Shown: positions 36,996 to 48,800 of the stretch, piece after piece
Position numbering within the stretch: position 1 is the first letter of the stretch
Layout of the letters: each line of letters opens with the position of its first letter
Assembly: GCA_051294905.1 (NCBI GenBank)
Contig: CM119382.1
Coordinates: 8,556,001 to 8,620,000, forward strand
DNA length: 64,000 nucleotides
DNA from: Botryllus schlosseri
Lineage: Eukaryota
Direction of reading: 5' to 3'
Notes under the pieces: generated by a model
What the model saw: only the letters and a program-made list of their open reading frames with translations
Databases searched by the model: none
Told to the model about the DNA's origin: nothing
Made by a program: the position numbers and the translations under genes

Positions 36996-38410
36996 ATGCG
37001 GGAGAGAGTGAGAGAACGGAAGAAAGGCGGTCTGCGTCGTGGGCTAGCGCGCGCGAAAACACGAGCGATAAGCACAAAGCGTCGATTTTATCGAATAATA
37101 ACCTACCGTAATCTATTTGCCCGTTCAATTTAACCCGATATAGGGTCGATATTTGAGTAACACCGCGGTCCGTAGCCCATCGGGAATGGCATGGTTTAAC
37201 GCAAACAATAATGTTGCGTTGCGACAAAGCGTTTGAGATGGTATCTTCTCGTACGTGTCCATGGGGTATTTGTTTTCGACAAGGTATTTCTATTTTGATA
37301 TCTCGGCATGTTTGACTTCTGAGCTACTTTTCGGCGGAGGCATTTCTCTCGCTGAGCCGACGGTAGTATTGTGCAAAACGGAGCGTCTCTATTTTGGAGC
37401 CGCGCGCTGCTATATCTGGGATGTTATTTCATGCACAACAGAAAACGAATACTATTGAAAAGCATTGCTTCAGGCACGGCCTGGTGTGTGTAGAAAGGTA
37501 AAAAACAGAACAGTTAAACTATTATTTTTCTTAGATTCGTTGTGTTTAAGCAAAGTTGTGTAAGTTTAGATAAGGCGATCGGATTGCGTGTCACGCTCTT
37601 CGGCGAGTTGCGCGTGTATATCGATTATTGTTGCCAACGAAATGTACTGTTGAAGTTGCAGAACTCGATATACAATTGAACGCTATTTCATATTTAAATA
37701 ACCCCGGATATTTTCGGCTGACACGCGTCAGGTGTAATCGGCAGCAACTATCAGAGAATTAGAAAGAACATTGTACATCAACAATCGTATCGTAAAGGTT
37801 CATAAATTTTTGCCGAGTGTTCTTTAGTAAAATAAGTGGTGGTACAGGGCACAGGAGATACGCGTTTTGATTATAAATGTATCTGCGCTACATCGATATT
37901 GGAGATGCACTGAACTGATCAGGGAACCGTGTCTAACTGGCCACGCCGTCCGTCCGGACGTAACTGAATTAGTTCGGCGGTATTTTATGCAAATCGTGAC
38001 ATTGGGATAAGCAAGTTCTGGATCGCTTTACTGTGAAGGAAAAGGCGATTACGGATGTCACTACTATCTTTACGGTGTGCCGTGCATAGTTGATTAGTGA
38101 CGAAGTGCTTCCAGGCTACATTTTCGAAGTACCCAAAGTAGTTGTAAATACTTGTACTACTTAGTGGTTATGATTTTTAGCGACTCTTACGTAACAGTTT
38201 ACGGTTGTCCCTTTTCATGCAAAACTAGGCCTACGTTAGAACTAGTGTAGAAGTTTCGACGTTACTTGTAGTTCTAATCTGGTACCAAGGGCGACTACTT
38301 TGAGGCTTTGACCACCACCACTTGTACCTTGCCAGCGCAAACACACTTGATCCTATACCGCTAATGTTTAATGTTGGCGAAACTACTGACTGCAAATTTG
38401 AGTGTGGGAT

Positions 38411-38747
38411 CACGTGCTATTTATAACCGCGGCGATGAGATATGTTGTATGATAGCAGTCCGCTGGCAGGATGCACTTCGATCGGTTCCGTAAAAACGTC
38501 TCCGCGGAATCTATTCCCGGACGGCGCGCGAATGGTTGATTAGCGGCGCGTGCAGCCCGGATGCGCGGATTTCGTGGAATCCGAGACTTTCGCCGCGCTC
38601 TGCCCAAATTTCTTAACCGAAGAAGCGCGCTGCAAGGCTTCGGCCGGCCAACGGGACATTGATCCGGCGTAGCGCATAATCGTGATTGTGCTCGTGAGTC
38701 ACGGAATCTTCTGAAGAATACACAACACGGCGCTGTGCTATTTATAG
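38411..38747. promoter_or_regulatory. E-box plus two MEF2 sites around a CpG island
   Basis: CACGTG 38411-38416 abutting CTATTTATAA 38417-38426; CTATTTATAG 38738-38747. Confidence 0.55.
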
Positions 38748-39549
38748 AATTGCGCTGAGCTGTTACAATAGAGATCTAAGCAGATATTGTGGTAGCCGTA
38801 CGGGCGATCGGCTGACGCTCTCGCACTTTCCTTTCTGTCGATTCAGTTCTTGCAAAACCAGGTAGCTGTCCTGTGAGGCAAGTTGACTTTGTTCTCTGGT
38901 GAGAAAGTTCGTGCGTCTTGAGGAATGAGCAAGGAGCAAATCAGTACATCTCACGTTGTAGGCTATACGATTCCCGGTGGCCAAGTAAACTTAATCTGCG
39001 GGTAATAATTATTGAATAATAGATTCATATTGAAACATACCGGAATATTTTCGGCTGACACTCATCAGGGGTAATCGTCAGCAACTTGCAGAGAATTGGA
39101 AAGAGCATTGTATATATCAACCGTATCATCAAAAATGTTCGGGTTTATTTCAATATGAATATCTATTTAACTGTATATTGAAGTTCAGCACCTCCGTGAA
39201 TATCTGCATAATAATATTTTGCGCGGATGCCGATGCTGATTTAGATTAGATTGGAATGAGGTAGGCTGAAAATAGATCTATTCATGCTCTGAGCTAGCGT
39301 CTTAGTGGTTTACCGTAAGAGAAAACCATTTGACACCGGCTTGTCGTATGGTCGCGATTACTCTGAAACAGGCCCTCGAAGTAATCAACAGTTGGAGTTG
39401 AATACAGTTTTGTAATATCTGTAGTCACTACTGTATCATCGACGGCGAATATATTACTAATTATCAGCAACATGCTTTTAGATTGTGCTTTGAAAATTCG
39501 ATCGTTAAGTTCGGCGTGAGGGTATAAATTTATAAGAAACTCTTGGATG

Positions 39550-40025
39550 TACAGAACTTCACCATACAATTGAATAATTTATATTGACAATGAAACAAAC
39601 CCTATTATATTTTCGGCTGACACTCGTCAGGGTTAATCATCAGCTACTAGTAGAGAATTCAAAAGAACTAAGCAGTCGTGTTACCAATTATGACGTCACA
39701 TACGTAAAAATTCTAATAAACGAAGCTAACAGATGGTCCGATATACTACTTTTGGATTATACACGAACTCCTTCTGTTAGCACGAACTAGGTCGGCGGAT
39801 TTTGATTAAAGTCGACTCCAACTCAATATTAGTGAAAGAATGAATGTCGTCTCGGAGAATTTTTCGCCATCTGTTCGCCGCGATTATTCTAATTTTTGAT
39901 GTCCGTGTCACTGTCTGTTGATATACAAAGTTATTCTTAAATCTCTGCTAGTCGCAGACGATTACCCATGAAGAGTGCCAGCCGACAATATTCGGGTTTA
40001 TTTCAATATCAACGTATCATTCAAT
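39550..40025. mobile_element. Most complete copy of an abundant foldback family (core ttttcggctgacactcgtcagg...actagtagagaattg)
   Basis: Inverted arms at both ends. Further full or partial copies near 12270-12500, 23380-23770, 30590-30915, 33445-33570, 33915-34000, 34950-35150, 37640-37795, 39010-39200, 44540-44600, 58690-58820 and 61425-61500. Confidence 0.8.
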
Positions 40026-40678
40026 GCTTTCGAGGAGTTGCCAAAGTTCGTATCTGTTGAAGTTATATAACCTACTATTTAATAGTATATTCATATTGCA
40101 ATGAACCCGAATATAGTATAGAAGTTTATGTATATACAACGCCAGACAACAATAGTCGCATTCAGCTAGTACAGTTTCAGTATTGCGTGGTTGCTTATTT
40201 TGTTCGCGCTTCGGATAGTTTGCATAATTTCGTATTAATTCATTGTACAATGTACAATTGTCGGCGTGGAATATTCATGTCGCTGTTGATGTATTTAAGA
40301 TTGCTAGGCCTAATTTAATTAACGTGTACTTATTTTGTTTTCATTTTCGCTGGTATTAATAATGCTTTGTGACATTTCTGCGTCATGCAATCGAATTGTA
40401 AAGTTTTTTCATGAGTGGTTCTCGCTATTCATAGAATTACTTTGTTTTCGTATCGCGGCAGTGGCGTAATGCCTTATTGCGGTCCGCTTTTATTGCGAAT
40501 GTGTCGAATTATTTAGATCTGTATCGCCTTTGGCTAGTGTAAAGGTCGTATCTGTCTCTCGTAACAGAAAATAGCGAATCGCCACCATCGACAACGAAGG
40601 CGCCGTCGGGTATTGCGAACGGGATTACGGAAGCGATTCCAGGTTGGTGGCAATTTCAATACCGATTGTTACGCTTTA

Positions 40679-40905
40679 TGACGTCATACTCGGATGAAGA
40701 TACGCGGCAGGCGGCAATCATATCGTCGCGCGTATCGTTTTACGAAGCAATTTCGTAGTGTCTATGAGTCATTGCCGTGGGATATGATGAAAACGTTTCA
40801 TGCTTTGGCCTATTTTGGCGTTCGAATGGATGTGTAGAGTGCTTTTCGATAACATTGTGCGGACGCACCTTCGCTATCACACGCACTCTGGGTGTCTATT
40901 TATAA
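40679..40905. promoter_or_regulatory. CRE plus MEF2 site
   Basis: TGACGTCA 40679-40686; CTATTTATAA 40896-40905. Confidence 0.45.
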
Positions 40906-42725
40906 CGTGCTCCACTCGACTTATGGATTATTCATTGGTGTTCTTGAAATAGTCGATCGATTTTAAAAGCGCGCTGATTTTTATTGTTATCTAGGCGCAT
41001 TCTGGCTCCTGTTTATTGGTATATGAATGTACCTTCTAACCTTCACACCATTACTTTATCTATCTTTTCGGCGTTTTCGCGAACAATATGATGATATCTG
41101 ACCACGGTTACAGTAGCTGAGCTATTTGCAGTGTCCTTCCCGTTCTCTAACCCAGAGGTATTATGACCACGACTTAACTTGATAGATATAGTTAGCCTAC
41201 ATTGAGATTGTGTCACAGAGGCTGGCCTAATGGTGGACCTTAAACCGTGCGCTATCGCCCTCGAAATTTTGTTTCTCATGGCCAGATTTTAGGTGATAGC
41301 TGTTGCTTGCTTGTGACTTCATATATGCGTACTCTATATGTGCTACACTGCTTTAAATTGAAAATAGGACACTAATTTTTGGACGAACTAATGTCCTGTT
41401 TAGAGATTACTGCGCTACTTGTAGCTGGCTTCAAAATGCATAGGCTACTTTATGTTACGAAAGTTTTCTCTATTTAAAATCGGGGCTGAAAACGGCCTAT
41501 CTAAACATAACATATTGACAATGAACCCTGTGTGCAGCGAAATATTGGCGTGTAAATGTAGAGTGGAAGACGTTCAGTGGTAATTTCTCGATTGATTGCC
41601 TGGTTATAGAGACACGCCTTCAAAAACAGCAGAGGCCTCATGGTATTAAGTCCTTGCTAATGTAAACTATGACCAATTATCTAAATTGCCAGGATGTTAT
41701 ATACTTGTCTCGCTTCCAATTGTGTTGTAAGATTGAGCACTCTATCTGTTGTACCTTCAGACATGACTCTGGTTATTTTGGTTCAACGACACAATTGCAT
41801 TAGATCACAATGTAGCTAAATTCCGATAGAATTCTCTACATAGAAATAAAGGACTATTGCGAAAAAAAGCCCTTGGTGCCAAGGGCCCATGGACGGTAAT
41901 TGTCACATTCAATTTGTTGCAAGTTTACAAAGCTTCAATTCAGCCCCAATGTTGAGTGTGTAGTTTGTTGGTAGTGTGTGTTTTAAAATTGGCTTTTGAA
42001 AATTATTTCCTGTGCGTACACTACATATGGAGTACTAGCTCACAGCTTTCCAAATTACATGTGTTGCTGGATTGTGCTATGACTTGCACTCTGCACATGA
42101 CTGCTGCAAAGCTGGCTTACATCCTTCAGGTTGCAAGCTTAGGTTGCGTGTATCTCATTGTTATTTCCCTTCTATAGTTATAGCACGGCATGGATCTTCC
42201 ATGTAATATATGGCATTGCTATAATAGCGTTTATGATTTCCTGCTTTCCATCTTGTGCTATTAATAAATCATTGAGACCGCTGCTCAATGAAGACTTGCA
42301 CATAACAGACACGCAGACATGAATCATATTATATAAATGGAAAGTGTGCATTGTATTTTGGGCAGATGCAAGGATGCACTCATGTTATGCAGTTTAGTGG
42401 TTACTGAAGCTGAATTTTACGTGTGACATTAACTGAAGAACTTTGCGACAATGAAATGTGATTTTATGCGTCTCTTGAATTGGGATGTAGTCATTTTAGC
42501 ATAAAAGGCTAGAACTCAACATTTAAGAAGTGTTATACAGGAATGATAATGGCACAACTGCATATTTGTGATTGCTAGCTGTATATGCTCAATTTGAGAA
42601 TGTGGGTGACAGTGACACCATGCGACTTGCTTGCGAATGTAGACTTCTAACATTATTTTGTTACTGGCAACCTGCCTGTGCGATTACTCGTTATCAAATT
42701 GCTTACATCATGTCATTCTTTGCAG

Positions 42726-42859
42726 AACGAATCCCTGGATTAACTCTCGCTGGTTTCAGCACTGCAATGGCTGCTGGCCTTGCCGGGGCTCACGCAATGG
42801 GACTAACGAACGAAGATTACCAGAAGATCATCAAAATGAGACAGCAACACATTGACGAT
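42726..42859 (+). CDS. HDAC4: HDAC exon 1 of model (candidate ATG 42767; [15 protein letters not shown] helix)
   Basis: tttgcag acceptor, gat|gtgagt donor, phase 0 into 46939; weak similarity to the Gln-rich helix. Confidence 0.7.
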
Positions 42860-45800
42860 GTGAGTGTAAGTTTGTGATTTGATTAAAATTGAGTTTTTCA
42901 TCTATTTCCTTCCCTGTGTATGAATTATACCGCTATGTTTTATTCTGTTCTTTATGGTGAGGGCAGTTGTAAAATAAATCTTGCAGATAACAGTACTCGT
43001 ATCATTCGGAAATGGTGATATAGTCTTGACTGCCTCATAGCTGAATATCAGGCTGATAACTGATCAAGATCAGATCAATCTCTGCCGGTATCTTACCAAT
43101 ATCTTCCCTCGATTTGATGGGGATTTGGACGTCAAAATTTGCGATAAATTACTAGCAATAATAAACACACTGATAGTGGGCATAAAGGAGAAAGAAAATA
43201 CGCTGTGAAGTGATCTATTTTATAAGGAAACTGATTTTGTAACCTTGTCGCTGCCAACTTATTATCAAAACAGTTGTTCTCATATTGTCAGAGGGTATTT
43301 TGACAGTAACATTCCGCTGTTTCTGCTAATGGAAATTCCTGAAACCAACCCACTGCCCTCCCACGTTGGTGCGGTTCAAATCTAGTCCTGCATTTTCCGT
43401 GAGCTGTCTTCACTTTGGTAATCTCAGATATGGTTTTACCTCAAACAGCCAAGGTAGTCTCTGATTCTGCTCACGTGGCTTGAATTTTAATTGTAATAGG
43501 CTGTAAAACAAAATTACCGAGTAATTAAGTAAAGCAAGCAGAGAAGGCCTACTCAAGTACTTAGAAGATGTTGCTAAGCTTAGTTACTGATTATCCTGGC
43601 TTGCGGACATCATCATCTATCTCTTTGCCACTGTACAGATTGGCTTTAATGAAAATGTGAAATTGACCTTGTTGTGTTAATGGGAACAGAATCAGCATTA
43701 TGGCTAGCATTATTGAGCCATTAGTACCGTAATATTAATGATTAGTACTGGGTGAATCCATTACAATGGTGGACTATCCTAGTCTTTGAAGTATGAATCC
43801 CTTTAGTACCTCACTTGTCATTAAAATAATTTTATTGTCAGGAATTTTTTATTCAAATTCGGATGTATTCCACTCAGCGGCATACCACTCGATGTAGCTA
43901 GTCACTCAATTATATTAATACCTGTGGTTTTTCTCAGCCTGTAATTTTAAGTGTCTCTCCCATTTGTCATGACTCACTGACGTTTCTTGTATCTCTATCT
44001 GTGTAATCAAAATATGAGTGGTGCAGCTGCCCTGCTTAGTGGGTATCACAAATGGCCACTTTAAACTCGTGCTGTTTTCCCACTATTCCAAATACCTTGC
44101 CTGGCTATTTATTGTCTTTTGAGGATTGGTTCACACAAGGCCGACAACTTTTTGCGCCTTAACGGGCTGGTGTAATTCTGTTGAATCTATGATATAATTT
44201 GGTTCTAAATTAGCCAAAATACAAATTCGTCCCATGGTCTCATTAAAGTTTTGACGTTTGCATGATGCATTAACCTTAAATACCTTAACTGTCAATAATC
44301 AAGTGTATGTTGAGTGACCAATAACCTACCCTACAGTCGGAAGAGATCGTCGATTGAAAATTTCTTACATGAGCCTATATTATTAATTCATTATTATAAT
44401 TATATTATGATTCACATTAAGGGATTTACACTTTACAGGCATCTCTACTCCAATTGTCCACTATCAGTATCTTTTAGAGTCCTATGCTCTCAGTATTGCA
44501 ATGATTTTAAGAACAGATTAACCTATAATTCGAAAGCATAATCATATTCATCTTTTCAATTGTATATTGAAGTTCTGTACCTCAAGGAAGCTCTACAGAT
44601 TAATCTGTGGTTATAACATCACTAGAATATTTCTGCAGTATTACATTCCACTCTGGAACTGGCGATGACATTTGATTTGATTGATGGCCACCTTTGTGAT
44701 GCGATAATCAAGTTTATTTATGTATCAAACAATATTTTTGTAATAAACTTGGTATCTTTTTCGACATCTGATCCATACTAATAACAAACACTGGGCTGCT
44801 TAATCTTTGCGTTTTTCAATCGTGCCCAACGCTTGGTAATTGGATCTTTCGCAATTTCGGAATGGAAAGCGCGCACTGTCGTTATCTTGAGGTCGATCAT
44901 GACCTGAACTGAAAGTCACCATATCATCTCAGCTAAAAATAGATTATAGGTTCCTAGAAATGCATCATAGAGAACACTCTGTGCTAGATGGGCGAGTCTT
45001 GACGATTTGATCAAGGATTAATTTGCAAAGGTACCAAAAAAATAGGGGAATTGTGGCTTGAATAAATCATGAGCTACAAGTCGTAGAACCGTCCGTGCAT
45101 GGTCGCTGGGGATAACCGCTAATTATGTGTAAGTTGTGATGAAATTAGTATCATCATTAGTATCACGATAGTGAATATGTGAAACCTTTTGGGTTAATTT
45201 CTGAAAGGCCCTGTTTCAGATTACCAAATCACGTTGACATTGTTTGAATTTGCGTAAGGAATACCTAAATTTGTTGTCTGCACAGATGGGTTATTACCAG
45301 AATCAGAATGTGTTTGATATTGTGGAATCGCTGGATACATAGTAATTATTGCAAACTATGTAGTAATTGTCCTGCTACTGCAGTCATGCTTGTGGGCTGT
45401 GATTTGTGAAGTTATTTGTGATTACTCTTTTAGTTTCTGGCTCGACAGCAACTGCAGCATCATTTCCAAGTGAGTAAACCATCCGTTTCTTTATATTACT
45501 TGCTTAATTGCTTCGAATGTTAAGTGCATCCGTCCTTTTATCTATAATATCACAAAATACTTGACATTTTATGAGTGGTTTGCTTATACTGATACTGATA
45601 GGTAATCCTAAGGTACATTTGTAACCGCAGCGCTGGCCTGGCATTTGAAGTGGATTCCCGGAAAGCCGGGGTATTAATATAGCAATTTGGGTTGTGAATT
45701 AACAACAGAGGGTGAATGTTCTTCCATATTTAGAATATCATGTCATTAAAACAAGGATGATGGTACCATGTCTTCTGTACTTTATGTAGATGATCAAATG

Positions 45801-48800
45801 ACTATTTGCTCGGAAACATTTACGACTATTCATAGCAATCTATTTATAGTAATAAGACTGATGTGTACATGTATGATGTGGGGATCTGGTCATGTTATTT
45901 ATACGATTCATGTAGCCCTGAAACCTATTCCGAGCAAGCATTTCCTTTACTGTGATCGAGGGCCTTTGATTTCACTGTTTTTATTTACAAAGCGACCTCG
46001 CAATTAGAGGTCGCGTTTGTTTTTATGACTGAAAGGTATTTTGGAACTTTCGATTTTAATCTCTGACACTATCGATTATTTCGAGCATGAGTCACAGGGA
46101 AATTGGATGTCTTAATATAGCTCCATAGGGTGCCAGGACAATATTATGATTTCAATAAATCCTATTGATTTTTTTTTGGGGCGTATTGAGGCGTGTCCGG
46201 TTTTTGATGATAAAACGTGTTCAAAAATGACCTTTTTTTTCTCAAATTGTACTGGCTACTTGATAAAATTGTTAGGTTACCTAATTAAAGGCTGCACACC
46301 AAATTCAGTTCCAACCAGTAGCCTCATTGCTACGAAAGAAAGTTATTTATTTATTATATAAAAATAAATGAATTTTTGTTTCAAAATTCTACATTTACCC
46401 CATGAAATAGTTAGGTTGTCTATAGAAAAGATTCTCACCGAATTTGGCTCAATTCCAACCAGTGAAAGCGGAGTTATTGTAGTTGACTTTGGATTTGAAT
46501 AAAATAGTAGGCCTACTTGCGGTGGCAAATTCTTCAATTATTTTTTATAGTTTTGCCCATCGTAAATACTATGATTTGAAATCTCAAATTTTGAACATCA
46601 ATAACTTTGTTTCTTCTGGTTGGAATTGAGCGAAATTTGTTGTGCATCGTTTTTTCACACAATCCACCAATTTTATGAGGCAAGCCAGCAAAATTAAAAA
46701 AAAAATCATATTTATTTTCATTAAATAAATCCAAAACTTTTTCTCTTATGGCAATGCCACAGTATGTCGGAATTGAGCCAAATTTAGTGTGCAGCTTTTT
46801 TGTAGGTACCGGTAACCTAATTTTATCAAGTAGCCAGTACAATTTGAAAGCAAAAGTCTTTTTTGAACAGCCCTAGTGTTTAGTGACCGCATTATTGAGT
46901 AGTAATTTGGTGCAAATGTGATTTTGTTTGCTCTTTAGCAATTGCTCCAAAGCCAGCAGCAGGAGCACAACGCTGCCAAAAGCCAACTACGGCAACAGTT
47001 GGAGGAACAACACCATAATGATCTAATGAATCAAGTATTGAACAAAGACAAAAGCCTTGAGAGTAAGCCGGGCCCGGTTATAGCTTTTGAAATCAATGCG
47101 ACGGTGTGGGTACATTTTAGGTGCGAACGCGTCCACCGCCGTGAAGCAGCACCTGGCGAATTTTGTAATCGGTAGGCGGAGTGTTAAAAAGTACGACGGT
47201 TATCCAAACAGTGCAAGGTAAACGGATATGTTGGTTTGGCGATCGCTCAATGTCAGGGGGTGTGTCTGTTTGATGTGTGCCGTGAAGTTGGTGAATGTAT
47301 TTTGTATTTTTCCTGTCTGTGCTCTGCTAATGATTGCTTAGTTTTCTCAAAGTCAGAGGCTGTAGCTAGTAAAATACCCAATAAATGTGACATCACTCTG
47401 ACACTATTGCATTGCGGCTTGCAGTCATAGAAGTGATGAGACGCAGTGCCAGGAATAGTATAAAAAAACTTGGTGGTGAAAAGTTAAGCGATCGAACGTG
47501 AGATCGTCGTGAATTGAAATCCGAGAGAAGTTGAATGTTTAAATTTGAAAACACGGTGAGGTGGGTCAAAATCATCATGTTCAGCCTGTACAGGTTATGT
47601 CAAATTGTCCATGCATTGTTTATATTACTATTTTCTATGGATTTGAGTGGTTGTCAAGGAGTTCGGCACTTAGAGATTATGGCATTAGAAATGCAATGAC
47701 TATTATTGTCATGGAATTAATGTATCGATATTGTATTAATAAATATGAAAATGAATGTTTCACTGAATGTGAGTGTGAACTGTGATATATACCCAACTTG
47801 GCGAATTTGGTGATAGGCGTTAGCAGGGTTGCCAGATTGGCCCTTTTTAGAGGCAGTTGGTCCCCCCAAATTTTGTTAGGCCCCTTGGCTCTCTGTTTTC
47901 AATATTTGGCTCTATTTGAAAGCAGTTGGCATATAGTATCAAACTAGCTATCTTTTGATGAAAAATCCAAAAAATTAAGCATATAAGTTCGATAAGTTTC
48001 AAATTTTAAATTAAAATTCAGAAAATTTAATCATTAGAATTTTCACAACTCTCATATTATAACAAAGTTTTACATAACGAATTTATATACAATTGGAAAA
48101 GTCTTGAAATATTAGCAGTTGTCGACCGTGTCCCACAATACTATCAACAGTTGTGGTAGATTTGGTGTCCCAACAGTATCAACAATATAAATCTGGCATT
48201 CCCAGTGATTGACAAAAGGTGTATAGGTAATATTGCGACGTTATCGACGTTTTTAACATTATTAACAACGTTATTGAACAATTTAGGAATTTTTAGACAC
48301 TGTTTGGTCCTTTTTCTCGAAAGCTGTCTGCCAACCCGGGGCGTTAGGGGTAGGGTTAGGATTCGGGGCCGCCAAATGTCGAATTCACTCGTATTTGAGT
48401 ATCTGGATTCAACTTCTCATCTCTTGATTCGGAATGGCTTGCGTTTTGTTTCAGCGGTCGGAGTTTAAGGTGGACCCCGTCTCTGGACAACAGAAACGGA
48501 CACCACGATCTCGCCGCGCCCTATCCCCACGTGTTCGACAAGAAGAACAGTTTCCCTCTCCGAAAAACCGGTATTATTTTGCGAATTTCTTCCGTCTTCG
48601 CGGCATTTTTTATCGTCTTTTTCCGGTAGCGTCGGAGCCTAATCTGAAAGTGCGGTCGAAACTTCGTCACAAAGTCGCGAACAATGACAGACGCTGCTCG
48701 CCGTTACTTCCGAGGCACGGCGGCGTCACAGGTAGCCGTGCCGAAGTGAATGATCACATAAAGAGAAAACTCAATAATGACCAAGGTAACTTAACGATAT

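Noticed and set aside
38925-38976. Possible HDAC first coding exon (MSKEQISTSHVVGYTIP, phase 1)
   Set aside because: The phase fits exon 42726 but the donor g|gtggcc is weak and there is no homology; needs cDNA evidence
23380-40025. Recurring ttttcggctgacactcgtcagg motif as a CRISPR-like array
   Set aside because: Irregular spacing, both orientations, long inverted arms and a eukaryotic context; it is a dispersed foldback element
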